Source: Moniliella sp. 'wahieum' (Eukaryota). Taken from it: 64,000 nt of DNA. The stretch covers positions 496,001 to 560,000 of the forward strand of contig RSEE01000008.1 of NCBI GenBank assembly GCA_003971905.1. Reading direction: 5' to 3'. Numbering within the stretch: position 1 is the stretch's first letter; every line of letters begins with the position of its first letter. The position numbers and the translations under genes are program-made. This document shows positions 10,793 to 23,308 of this stretch, piece by piece. The notes beneath the pieces are model-generated. The model saw nothing but the letters and a program-made list of their open reading frames with translations, did no database searches and had not been told where the DNA came from.

Positions 10793-12228
10793 ATGACGGC
10801 TGCCACTTACAGCACTCCTACGCCCACCACCAGGCCATTGGACAACCTAGGACGTCTCGCCAAGATCCCCGTAGCCATCTCTCATTTGTTCTCAACCACC
10901 AGCGCCACACAGGTTGTCACGACCACACCGGCCAATGCGACCGCTACCTCGCACGCAATCTCGACCGCCACTCCTTCGTTCTACACTGCTCCGTGTCTGT
11001 CACCTCGGTTGCGCCTGCTGCGTCGGCACTGAAGCCAACACCCATCGCTACCAAGGCGGCCCAGGTGGCGCGCCGAAAGTGCTGCCAGGGTGGCAGTCCG
11101 CCCTCCAAGGGCTAACGCATCACATCCCTTTTTCCTTCGATCCCCGGCCGAGGCGATCATTGGCACGGTGCGGCTTCTTTTCTGACGTTCGGACCTTTGT
11201 TGAGTATCGCTCTGACTGACTTCAATGGATTTTTAGGAGTGCTATACGACGTTGATTTACGATGCGATCTCACTTCAACGTATTGCATCCGGCTGTCGAT
11301 CTCCAAAGGCCTCGGACTGGGCATCGTCGTCTTTGGCTCCATCATGAAGATCCCTCAAATCCTCAAGATTATCAAGGGTCGTTCCGCCCGCGGGATCAGC
11401 CTCAGCATGTACGCTCTCGAAGTGCTGGCATATACCATAGCCTGGCCTACGCTGTGCGCAAGCAGATCCCCTTCAGACGTATGGGGAAAATGCAAGCTTA
11501 ACAGTTCAAAGTAAGTCATCCTCTCCTATGCCCCACGTTTCTGACAGGCATCTTGCAGATATGGTGATCACTCTTCTGATCCTTGCCTATGCGCCCATCG
11601 CCCGGGTCAACGGAGCAGGCGCGTCGAACACGTGTCCTGGTCTCTGCTGCCTTAATGGTCGCCCTTGCCATCTTCTTGTTCTCCCCCGCCCTGTGTGCGG
11701 CAGGTCTACTCTCCTTCCTTCAAGCGCTCACCATTCCATCTCCCTCATCAGCAAGGTGCCCCAGAGGTTGAGCGCACACCCGCAAAGCCCCGGGCCAACT
11801 GAGCGCGATCGTTGTCTTTCTCAATTGGCCGGAACAATGGCAAGGGTGTTCACCACGGTGACTGAGACCAATGACTCGCTCCTGTTTTGGGGATTTGCGT
11901 TGGCTACTGTCTTCAACGCCATCATCTTGTCCAGCATGCTCGTCTACTGGAACGGCAACGAGCGCAACATGGCCATTGCCTCGATGGCAACCCCAAAAGC
12001 TCTGATTGAACGTGGAACTCGGCCATTCTGGAGGTAATGCCGACAGTATCCAAACTGATGGACTTATATCGCTTCCTTCGTTCGTGTTGCAGGTGTATGG
12101 GGGAGGGGTATGCTGATGGCGGGAGTGGGGAGAACACATCGCGCCTGCTATGGCTCCGACGTTCTTGGTCACCTGACCGCCCGGCAACCCGTCGGACGCG
12201 GGAGCTGGAGTTTGGATTTGAAATGTGA
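10793..12228 (+). CDS. MPDU1: PQ-loop protein, mannose-P-dolichol utilisation defect 1 (MPDU1/Lec35)-like; about 3 introns; frameshifted
   Basis: ECYTTLIYD..CIRLSISKGLGLGIVVFGSIMKIPQILKIIKGRSARGISLSMYALEV (first PQ loop), then ISKVPQ..GQLSA..QLAGTMARVFTTVTETND (second). Introns at 11168-11236, 11511-11558 and 12034-12092. Start and end are approximate. Confidence 0.9.
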
Positions 12229-12429
12229 AATGGAGAGACTGAACATTTCTGAGTGTGGCTAGCTCTACCGGAGGCGTTGACACTGGTCCTGTGCGACGCG
12301 TGCTGGGAGCGGGCAGGAAGCAACCAGCACACATCAGAGGCGGGGTGTGTCGTAGCTTCCTCTTGCCGCCCCGCTTGGTCTTCATCCCCATCGCCATCGC
12401 CCTTGCCACCCCACCCAACTTGACACATC

Positions 12430-15400
12430 ATGCTACCTCAAAGCCCTTCGCGGCGGTCCACAGCGACACGTCCGCCCGCCAAAATGCTGCGTCCAAGATC
12501 CAGATTGTCGTCCCGTTCCCCTCTGCCTCTTCCACTGCTGAACCCATCAAGTAGTGGTGGACAGTCTGACCTGGCGTCCGACGAACTACGTACACTGACA
12601 TTTTTTTTGGATTAAACCAGACCTACCCGTCTCGTCCAGCACACCTCTCCAAATCCGTTACGAGCCCTACATCACCGTTCACAATGACACTGACATCGTC
12701 ATGAAGCCCCTCCCGATGTGCGTGCCCACTCTCTTCCCGCCTTCCCTAAGTGTGGTTGCTGCGCACGGAACCCTCCCTGACCCTCTTTCTTCCCTATAGT
12801 TGCCCCGTCCTCCGCCAACAGTACTCCTTTGCCAAGGTTTCCAACCAGCCGAAGCCGAGGAGGCAACAATTCCCAGTCGCGTTTCTTCCAAGAAATTGCC
12901 TGCCCATGGTCCAGGGGCTCCTGAACGAGGGTCAAAGCGGTTTGTACTGCACCTAGGCACAACCTGCAGTGGCAAATCCTACACTGTCCATGGCGGCCGT
13001 CGAGCTAAGGAGGCCGGCGTCCTGCCACGTACCTTGGATACCATCTTCAACTCGCTCGACGGTTTGTTCAGCTCACGTCGCATCCGCCCCAAGGTTGAAT
13101 GGCGTTGAAGAGTTGGTGCACGAAGGGCAAGATGGGCCGGAGGAGTTTGATCCGAGTGAGTCTTCTCCCCTTCGACAGAGACTGCTGGGAAAGCAAGGAC
13201 CGTTCCTCCCCGCTCGGTTCTGGGGGCTCTATGCCCGAATATGAGCATGACAAGACGGTCATCCCGGTAGACAAGAACTACCGCTTCAGCGTCGGGTGAG
13301 CTACCTCGAGGTGACAACAGAGAAGAGATACGACCTTCTTGATGTGGGAGCCGACCCGAGTAGTGCGCCCGAGGCACCAAAAAATGGTCCCTTGGTGGCC
13401 GGCGCATGGCCAGTGGCGTCGGGTCCGATGCATCGGGCCCTTCGAGTACCGGGCCGGTGCTGCCGCCACGCCTTGGCGTTGCAGAAACGATACGGATACG
13501 ACGGGGGATGCCGAGGGGGTGTGTAAGTACGCAGCGGGTCTGTCCGAGCATGAAGTGCGGTCTGCCAAGGAGGCCCAGGCCTCATTCGCGCGGCGCAGAA
13601 TCGTGCCGTGTTTGGCACGATGGCAAACCGCGTGTCCAGTCGCAGTCATGCGGTCTTTACCGTCCGATCATTCGCCACCATGCGGGCGAGACTGGGGCGG
13701 AGGCAATGTACACCACCTCTCGTATGAGCATCGTTGATCTGGCCGGAAGTGAACGAATGGCCCATACCCAACTCACCGACAGTGCTCGCATGAAAGAAGC
13801 AGGCAACACAACAAGAGCTTGATGACCTGGGGCACTGCATGAGAAGATTCGCTCCAACCAAACCCGTCTTAAGACCGCCTTGGCAACAGGGGGCGTGGAG
13901 AACGCCAAGGCCGAGATGGTGCCGTACAACTCATCCAAACTTACCTCGCTCCTGAGAGTACTTGTTGGGGAGGGGACAACGGTCATGATCATCAGCCAAT
14001 CCGTTGATGGTGGGTTCTACGAGAATGCCCAAGTGATGAAATTCAGCGCGCCATTGGCGATGTTGTCAAGCAGCGCCAAAGTGCCATCCACGCAGTCCAA
14101 GATCAGTCTTGACTATGGCTGGCGGGAAAGGAAGAAAGCTCGCTGGTCGCCCCACGTTCGACGGCCTCCAGCCGTGTTCGTCCATGTTACCCCGCGCCCT
14201 ACCCAAGCCTCCACCCTCGATCCCAGCGAGATGGACATTACGATCTTGAAGAAGGCGAAGAGGAGGAGCAGGACCCGTTGGTGGACTTGCTGCTTGCCAA
14301 ATGTGAGGAACTGCAACAACGTCTCTACTTGGCTGAGCAGCGCGCTGCCAAGGTGGAGGCCGAGGTGCGCGCTGAAATGGCCGATGAGATGGAACGCGCA
14401 CTGCGAGCGATGAGTGTCATGTATGAGCAACGTCTTGAGGAGGAGGTGCGCTTGAGCGAACAGGTGACGAACAAAAAGCTTGATTTGCTCAACGACCTGT
14501 GCCATGAGGTGGGCTCCTACGACCAGTCTGCCTCCGCGAGCGACTCTTTCCAGTCCATGGACAAGTCTCACCCCACTCGCTCCGCCCGAACCAGCACTCG
14601 CGCCCCTTCCTTGGCCGAATCGGACATCCTCACCCAAGCTTTGGACCGCGTTCGTCTTGTGTCGGATCGTACCCCGGCTACCCCCGGACGGACGATGATG
14701 CCCCCATGATCCCGGAGATCCCTACAGCGGGGGACCCCTTCCGCTCCATTGGCGTCACTCCCAACGCCCTTGCCCCACGGGGATCATTTGGGGCCTCTCC
14801 TATCCGTGCCCACCCGAACTCACAAGGGGCTACTCCGCGAACGAGTTTGGCTTCTTCAATCGACATGCCGGAGCTGAAGCCGTCCCTACTTTCTGACCCA
14901 GCCAATGCGACAACGATCGAGGTCAACACGTCCGGTGTGACGGAGGACAAGGCGAATGAAGACGAGCCCGAGAGTGAGGAAGAAGGGCCTAAGGATGTGT
15001 TGGATATTGGCACTCCGCGCCTCCCTAGCGGGGGCTCCGCTAGGGCGTCCCAGGGGAACGACGGCACCAGTGCCGAAAGTGAGGACTCCGAGACGGAAGA
15101 GGAGAGCGAAAGGAAGAAGAAGAAGACGATGACGAGGGAGATGATGACGATACATTCGACCCCACCAACGATGGTTCGGCTGAAGATGTTACCCCTCCGC
15201 CGCGGAAACGACGCAGTGCGCGGGCCAGTACGGCAGCCAGCACGCTTGCTTCCAACACGCGGCACAGGGAACGCGTGCTGTCCGGGAGCAAGTGGAATGT
15301 TTCGCATTCGGGTTCCAGTTCGGGGTCAGTTACAGACGAGGCACCTCGCAAGGCCGCCCCTTCTCGCCCCCACCCCAAAACGCTGCCCAAGACGCTGCTC

Positions 15401-15726
15401 CGATCCACTCGCCCCTCCAAGGCAGCCATTCAGGCCGCCGCAACGCTCGCACCTGTCGTCAAAGGAAAACGCTCGGTGTTGAACCGTACCAGTGGCAGCC
15501 CCGTCAAGCGCGAACGCAAGACAAGTTCTGGGCGGATGCCTTCGGGCCTGTTTGCTGACGCAACCGCCGAGCTCAACCGCCGTCGACGACCACCCACGTC
15601 GAGATGGACTTGTCGGATGTGAGCTTGTTGAAGCCTTCGCACGACTCACCCAAGAAGAAGCGCAGGGCGCTCCGTGCGTCTGCGGCGGTAGACGAGGAGG
15701 GCATGGCGCTCCAGCTGGATGCTTGA
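12430..15726 (+). CDS. Kinesin, probably kinesin-6 (Klp9/MKLP-like); frameshifted
   Basis: P-loop SGKSYT, GVLPRTLDTIFNSL, SYLEV, SSRSHAVFT, IVDLAGSER and VPYNSSKLTSLL. The long insertion between IFNSL and SYLEV matches the extended loop 6 of kinesin-6. A coiled coil (about 14290-14500) precedes an acidic/basic tail ending SPKKKRR..LDA*. Probable intron at 12551-12620. Confidence 0.88.
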
Positions 15727-16576
15727 TGCGAGTTTGTTCCAGCTGGAGCTCCTCTCTCACATCCCAGTTGTTCTTTCGTATCTCTTCCATCAGTCCTCTC
15801 TTCCTTGCCTCCGCAGTCTTAGTTCCACTTCTTCGTTTTTCTCTATGCCCACTGAACATCGGTCAGGGCTTGCCTGTTCTCTCAAACCTCATTGCCTCTC
15901 CGATCTCATTGCCCATTCTGAATTGATCCATGTGGCGAGCATCGCGCTCGCACGCTGCACCATTAAACTCCAGCCACTGCAGGGGGTCCAAGTGGCCCGG
16001 CGCTGGGGCCGAGGCCGGGCGCGGCGTTAGTTATAGCTAGAACAGGGCCAGTACCCAACGTACTCAACTGAGTACACCGAGTGCGGGAAACTGTCACTGT
16101 TGGTCAGCAACCAGCAAATTAGCCGCTGGTAGAGCGTGGAACGTTGCGGTGCTCGGCTATAAGCCTCAGCGCCTCTGCCGCTCGGAGCACTTTGGTCTTG
16201 AGCTTCATCGATCGAGGTTGCTTCCCGCGAGTACTAGTTACTAGTTACTAGCCACCAGCCACACGCCACTCGACAGAGCAGATGCTGTCCGAGGCAGCCA
16301 CCCGCAACCCTCCCCGCCGCACCCTGTACCCGCCACCCGCCGACCCATCGGGCTACCTTGCAGCCTCAGCCTCAGCCTCAGCCGCACGCCTCCGGCCGAA
16401 TCGATAGCGATAATCTCGATAACCGAGCAACCATCCATTCCACCGCTCGCCGCTCTTCCCCGCAGCGCCTGTTATATTCCCGCCTCCATTCCTGCGCCCC
16501 GCCCCTGCCTCCCCGCGCCGCTCCAGCACCTCGCACACCCACACCTCTCCCTTCCCAACCACCACCTGCCCTCGCC

Positions 16577-18560
16577 ATGCGCCCCGCCGCCCGCCCCGCC
16601 CCCCGGCCTGCCCTCGCCACCCGCAGGAGACAGAGTGTGTCTCCGCTCTCCCGCCACTCCTCCTCGTCCTCGTCCTCCTCCGACGATACCTCTTCATCCG
16701 GCAGCTCGGTGCCTCCCCTGCTCTTTATACCCTCGGCCAGCCGGCGAACACACTCCCGCGTCGCGGATGGATCCGCACTCTTCGCTTCGCTCGGCGCCAG
16801 TGCCTCCAGGAACATCCGCCCACCTCTTTCCTCCCCTTCCGCTCTGCACACCTCGCCACCCGCATCACCCTCTGCCCCTGCCATCTCTCCTACCCCGCCG
16901 CCCTCGGGTCCCTCCCATTCCCAGTCCGCCTCACACCTCTGGCGCAAGGTCATGGCTTCTTCATCGCCTGCTTCGTCCCTCACGCCCGGCCCAGCAGGCA
17001 GCGTTCCGCCGCATGCCTCGACGCCCAGGTACAAGTACGCTTACACCTATGCGCCATCCCGCAGCCGTCCAGTCAGGGACAAGGAACAAGGCAAAGGGAA
17101 GAGCAACGACAATGGTAAGGGCAAAGGCAAAGGCAAAGACAAAGGCAAATGGAAAGGCATGGGCAATAACGACATGACCGACCGCGCTTCCGATCCCGGC
17201 CCCGCCATGACTCTTATCAGCGCCGCCCCCTCCCATTCCCCCCCCTTCCAAGCCCTTCCTTGCGCTCATTACCTTATTCTTGTTATGGGTCTGTTCCACG
17301 ACCTTCCTCTATCTCTGGGACCGCCATCTCTTCGCCACGCCCCCCCATCTTTCTTCTCCCGTCATTGCCCAGCACACCCACCGCAAACTCGCATTCCCCC
17401 CACTATTTCTCAGTGCGCTGCAAGCGGCGGCTGGGACCTTGGTCTCGGCCCTGGGCGCCATGATTGTTGTTCCGCTATGCAAGCCTGTCACCAATACGTA
17501 TGCGCGCTCCTCGGTCAACAGGTGGCTCTTGGGCTTGGTGGTCTTGGGCGGCCTGTATGCCGCCGAGACGGCACTTTTTGCGCAGGGGCTACAGAACACT
17601 CACCTCGCTACCATTGGTCTGGGCCGGGTTCCTACGGGCATCGTGGCTCTTGCTTCAGGTCGCTGGATGCACGCCCGACGAGGGGGGGCGGCTCTTCTTG
17701 CTTTATTGGGAGGGATGGTCGTCGTCGATGGCTTGACGGGCTCATTGGGCTCGTCTTTCGAAGCATTGCAACAAGATGGCTGGGAGGGAGGGATGGTGGT
17801 GCTGGCCTCGGGGGTGGTGGGTGTGCGCTGGGCTGTGACCCAAGCGCTGCTAATCCCCCTCGTGGACATGGGCGTGCCATCGCGTCGGGTTCACCCGCTC
17901 GTTGTCACCGCCTGCACCGCCTGCCTCGCATGCCTTGTCTTGGTTGCACTCAGCTCGCTCCGCTGGTGCCGGTCGAGCAAACATACCTGGGATCTCCTCA
18001 CCGGACAATGGGGCGAGCATGGACCGCCAAAGCGCCTCCCATCGCTGCCCCAGTGGCAAGCCCTCCGGCCGAACACGACCACCTGGGCCTGGCTCGTTCT
18101 CGCCTTCATTCCTGGTACATTGCAAGCGTCTGCATGGGCCTCTGAACTGGCGTTGCTGCAGCTGCCTTTGGACTCCGTTGTGGCCCTGGATGCGTTGCGC
18201 GTGAGCGTCCAAGTAGGGGCAGCAAAACTGCTCGATGAAGATACCTCGGCCTCGCCCTTTCCGGTGGGAGTTCAAGCGGTCCAGGTCCTTCTCGGTCTGG
18301 CCCTCTTCCTGCCTACCTTGTTTTGGCTTGCCATCTCCCCCTCGCCGGAGCATAGCAATTCTCTCCTCGCCGCCAAACCAACAGATAGCTTTGGCACGTT
18401 TCCCGCTACGCCAGACGACTCGTCGCCCTCCACCTCAGCCCTCAAGGCCCAACTGGACCCCGAGCGTGCGCGTCAACTGGCGCAAGAAATCGACTTTTTG
18501 TCTTGGGACGGGTGTGGAGTGACAAACACTGGGGATGGCCTGTACGAAGAGCATTGTTAA
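16577..18560 (+). CDS. DMT/SLC35 (triose-phosphate/nucleotide-sugar transporter-like) membrane protein with a long Ser/Pro-rich N-terminus
   Basis: After one frameshift near 17285: LWVCSTTFLYLWDRHLF...FPPLFLSALQ, LGGLYAAETALFAQGL, MVVLASGVVGVRWAVTQALL and ELALLQ, the helix pattern of the TPT/SLC35C2 type. Substrate unknown. Confidence 0.7.
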
Positions 18561-19271
18561 CGTTTCCAGTGCCCATGCACGTGTATGCCTAATACGTCTC
18601 TAGTCTCTCCCCCTCTGCTTGTCCTTGTCTTCACACGCACGCTACGTCCCCGATCTCATCTCAATATCAGTATCAGTATCGACCTGCCCCGTGTTGTTTT
18701 ACTTTACCTGTTTTCGTTTTCCGTACCGCATTTCGTATCTCGTACTACATACCATTCGAGCGTTTGGGCTCGGCTCCCAAGAGGGATATTAATAGGACCG
18801 CCACCAACTTCAATGGCATCTCAACCACTGTGGACCAATGTTAGCACACAGCGCTCATGCATGAGCAGATGGAGAAACGTGTAGCTGATTGCCAACAGCA
18901 CTGATGTGTTGCATGAGCTCTTGAAACTAAGGGGAGGGCGTGAAGCAACATGCAGGGATGCCAGTCAGTGATCTTTTTGCCTATTAGTTGAGTGCCTGAA
19001 CTTTCGACCACCTACGATGAAGTACCCGTGATGGCTATCAAAGGATCAGTGGGAAGTGCTCTATCGTATCCCCTTTCCTACTAAGTGATGTGGAATTCGG
19101 CATACACAGGGATGAAGAAACATATAATAATGATTTTGGCGTCTTGATGCGCGTGTACACATGCTCGGACTGGTCTTGGAAGGTAAACAAAGGAGAGACA
19201 AAGACACAGAGAGAGGGTGACTTAATCAACCCATAATAGTAGTACGACACAGAGTATAAATATCACAGGTA

Positions 19272-22200
19272 TCATAGTGAGAGAGAGGGGCTACTTTCCT
19301 TCAAAGGGGCGAAGAAGCGAGCTCCGATTCGTTCCCCTCGGGCTCGCTCGGCACTGAAAGACTGCTGAGAGGAAGACCAGTGGCCCGTGCCGTCTTGATT
19401 CTTCTGGGCAGTCGCAGCGGCGGAGGGGTACTGTGGCGAGGGGGATGATTGGATGGTTGCTGCAACCGACCAACCCATTGAAGACCTATCCACCGCTGAG
19501 GGGGGGAGAACCAGACTTCCCTACTCGTCCTCGGTTGGGGGCCAAATGTGCTCCTCTTCCCTGCACCAAAGGGTGCCTCTTGCCCCGATCTTCTCTCGCT
19601 TCCGAGAGGTAGGCTCTCACTAGAGCGTTGAGGGGAAAGGGAAGGTAAAGGCTCCGCCGCTGCGGGTGGAGGACCAGGGTACGGACGTGGGCCCCAAACA
19701 CGGCTGGAACGTCTTGTGCTACCTGATCCCATGTGAGTTCTGGTAGCCTCGTGTTCGCCTGCCGGTGGAATCGTTTCCAATCCTTCCTTCTTCCCGCGAC
19801 CAGGGGTGCCAAGGCCCGTTGTTGTACCTGGTCCAGCTCGCTCTTCGACATATGCACCACCTGGGACGTGCCCACCTTGGTCATCAGAGCCAACCGGATA
19901 GCCTTCCAGGGGCAAGGTCTCTGGTGACCTCTCCCTCAAAGGTGGGGACTCTGCTTCGGCTCCAGGACCAAGAAGGTTGGTATGAGCTTCAAAGGGGGAG
20001 TAAACGGAATATCTTGGTCCAGCCGGTGGTGGCCCCGGGGAAAGGGTTGCTCAAACCTGTGGAAGGGGCAAGCATTCCCAAAGCCGACGCGGGGGCAAGC
20101 AATTCCTCGTCCGATACATAGCGGGCGTGGGGCGAACGAGTTTCTTGTGCCTCATCGGCCCCACCTCCCGGCCTGGCATATGAGCTTGGAGCACGTGCGG
20201 GTGTGGTGGGAATAGGCGTTTGAGCAGCATCGAACCACTGGTCCGGTGTGGAAGGTATGGTCGAGTAGGCTCTTTCCCCCCACGGCTTCCAAGGGAAGAA
20301 GGGCGGAATCTTCTTGTAATTGCCACCGGAGGATTGCTTGTGGGATTCCACTCGGGCAAAGCTCGTGTACTCCGCCACGCTTCGTCATCTACACCCTCTG
20401 CTCCAAGGCCTGGGACGGAGAGATTGGCATCTTGTCCAGACTGGGGAACGGGTGGGACTGAGAAGCTAGAGGGAGCAGAGAGACGGTAGGTATCCGTTGG
20501 GGGATGGTGCGAACGGTTCCCACTTGCTTCCGATTGCCCTTCCGTACCTGCCGCACCCACTCCACCGGCGACTCGTAACGTTGCAAGGGACCCAACAGTC
20601 GATCGTCCCGTGTCATATAAGTCACCCCCGGGTGACGGGGGAGATGGTGGGCCGGTGGGTGAAGAATGAGTGCGCCATGTCAAGGAGGATGTGATTGAAC
20701 GGTGGCGATTATACTGCTTGGCGGCCGCGGCAGCGAAGAAGGGAGCAACCCGAGAAAAGTGTTTGCCCCTCCTTGCCGCGTCTTCCGCAAGCACGGCAGC
20801 TTGGGCCTCGAACGCAGTTGTTTTGAGTGGTTTCCGGGCCGAATTGCTTCGTCCCCTTCCTAGCCAGGCTCCAACCTCAGAAGCAGGCCCCACTCCTGCG
20901 CTCGTAGCATCCATGGAAGTATCAGCACCCAGAGGCTCGCCTTGGGCCGCCACGGGAGCATACCCTCCCCGTCGAAGTACGCGTCGCCTTGAGCTCGGTG
21001 CGGCCAACACGGATGGGAAATAATGACCGGATATGTCTCCAGAATGGTGGGTAAGAAGGGCGCCTTCCTCAGCAGGTGCTCCCATCTCAGCTGCCTTAAT
21101 GTGATCACGTCCTCGTTTGCGGCGGCGAAGAAGGAATGCAAGCAATGCCAAAATCAGGAGGAGTGCGAGCGCGCCAAAGACACTACCGAGCACGATTCCA
21201 GCAATTTGTCCCCCGGAGAGGTGGTGATGGTGTTCATGCAGTCCTGTGGGGGTAGACAGAGAGCTGGAGGATGATATCGTACCGATAGGAGCGGAGGTTG
21301 TGGCAAGTGAACTGGTGGCAGTATTGGATGGGGAGCGTGTGAAGAGGGTGCTGTTGGTGATGGGGGCAGGCGAGCTCAAGGTAGATTGGGGAAGCTGGTG
21401 CTTGTGGTGGAAGTAGGGAGCAGCGATGTGTTGAGGCTCGAGGAGACTGTGGGGGGTGAAGAAGGGGGGGTGAAGAAGGGGGGAGTGAAGAAGGGAGGAG
21501 TGAGGAAGAGGAGGGTGAAGAAGAAGGAGATGAAGAAGGGGCGGGGGAAGAAGGTGGGGGAGAAGAAGGAGGGTGTGAAGAAGGAGGGTGTGAAGAAGGA
21601 GGGTGTGAAGAAGGGGGGTGTGAAGAAGGGGGTGTGAAGAAGAGGGAAATGAAGGGACGGGTGAAGAAGGGGGGCGGGAAGAAGGGCGGCGTGAAGAACG
21701 AGAGGGTGAAGAAGAGGCGGGTGAAGCAGACGGGGGTGAAGAGGACGAGGGGAAGAAGGAGTGTGTGAAGGAGTGTGTGAAGAAGAGGGAAATAAAGAAG
21801 GGGATGGTGAAGAAGAAGGAGGGTGAAGTCGGGGGGTGTGAAGAAAGAGAGGGTGAAGAAGAGGGAAATGAAGAAGGGGAGGGTGAAGAAGGAGGGCGTG
21901 AAGAATGAGGGTGTGAAGAAGACGGGGGTGAAGAAGAGGCGGGTGAAGAAGAGCGGGTGAGAAGAGGCGGGTGAAGAAGGAGGATGTGAAGAAAGAGGGG
22001 GGGAAGAAGAGGAGATGAAGAAGAGTGGGCCGATGAGGTGAGGGATGACGAAGAGGAGGCCGAGGAGCTTAATAGTGATGAAGAAGAAGGAGCCGAGGAG
22101 CTGAGGGATGAAGAGGAGGGGGCCGACGAGCTGAGGGATGAAGAGGAGGGGGCCGACGAGCTGAGGGATGAAGATCTCTCGGTGGCGGATGTTGGATGGG

Positions 22201-22740
22201 TGGGGTTGTGCTAGTGATGGTGCTAGACGTTCTGGATGATGAGGATGATACGCTTGACACAGATGTTGAAGAGGGGACACTAGTAGTTGCAGTCCTCGAG
22301 ACGGATGCTTCCGAGCGGGAGGACGCTTTGGAAGCTGATTTTTCGCTTCTTGAAGATTCACGACTGGCACTGCGCTCGAGTTGTAAGACGAGCGCGAGGC
22401 CGATTTACTCTCCCGACTAGCGCTCCTGCTTGCACTCTTGCTAGCGAGACTGGCGCTCCTGCTTGCACTCTTGCTGGCCAGGCTGGCGCTTTGGGACGGA
22501 CCCATGTCAACCTCCGCAGCCTTGGGGCCCGCTCCAAGACGTTGAAAAAGCTGTGATGGCACGGGGGACGCGGTAAGACGCGGGAGTAGAGCTGGGTGTG
22601 GGATGGTGGAGGGGCGGGCAACAACGTTTGTTTTGCCTTCAGCTTCGGCGTGAACGGGTGGCAGTGACGTTGGCAGCGATGGTAGTGGCGAGGGTGGTTA
22701 GGGGGAGAAAAGAGAACGCAAGGGAATGGAGGTTGAACAT
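19272..22740 (-). CDS. Mucin-like type I membrane protein (signal peptide, Ser/Pro/His-rich repeats, one TM helix, long cytoplasmic tail); Mid2/Wsc/Msb2-like architecture
   Basis: MFNLHSLAFSFLPLTTLATTIAA signal peptide at 22740; SKSASRSASLA and SSHPP repeats; TM GGQIAGIVLGSVFGALALLLILALLAFLL followed by RRRKR; the tail continues through frameshifted ORFs to 19272. Confidence 0.75.
21445..22175 (-). repeat. Coding tandem repeats: about 15-nt units (SSHPP-like) and 30-nt units
   Basis: The plus strand shows an imperfect GGGTGTGAAGAAGGA array at about 21445-22020. GCCGASGAGCTGAGGGATGAAGA recurs with 30-nt period at about 22092-22175. Confidence 0.9.
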
Positions 22741-23308
22741 ACTATCCCAGTGGGGCAAGTCCGGCATGGGCTCTCCTGTGCCGCCCGAGTAGACTCTCCC
22801 TGGGGGACACAGGCCCAGTGGCGGCACTCGACCCTGCCGTCACGGCAGCGTTGCCCGATCGGGAAAAGAATGGATGGGGCGTGGGGCCTGTGTCCTCACG
22901 GGTGGTGCACGGTCTGGCAGAGGGGCAGTCTCGCTAAAGGGATCGGCTGGCTGAAAGTCCATACAGCCAGCAGGGAGCGAGTGTGCTGCGCTGGGACCCT
23001 GCCGAGGTCGCGCTTAAACATTACTCGATGCGATGAAGAAGCGCTTGCCCTGGGGATGGCGCTACTCTGACGTCTACCTGCTTCTGCCGAGCGTCGGCTA
23101 GGGGCGGGAGGCCGGTGAGCGCGAGCCCTGAGGATGCAGATTGCAGCCGCGGCCTCCCACCATCAAATGCTCTGAGCCCCTGGGTCCATTGCACGCAGCA
23201 GCCTGCTTATACCGTTACAGCCGGCAAAGCTAGGAATCGATAACCTGCGTTCTGTAGGATCCTCCGCAATCAGAGGGGAACCCATTAACAACGACAACGA
23301 TGGAATCA

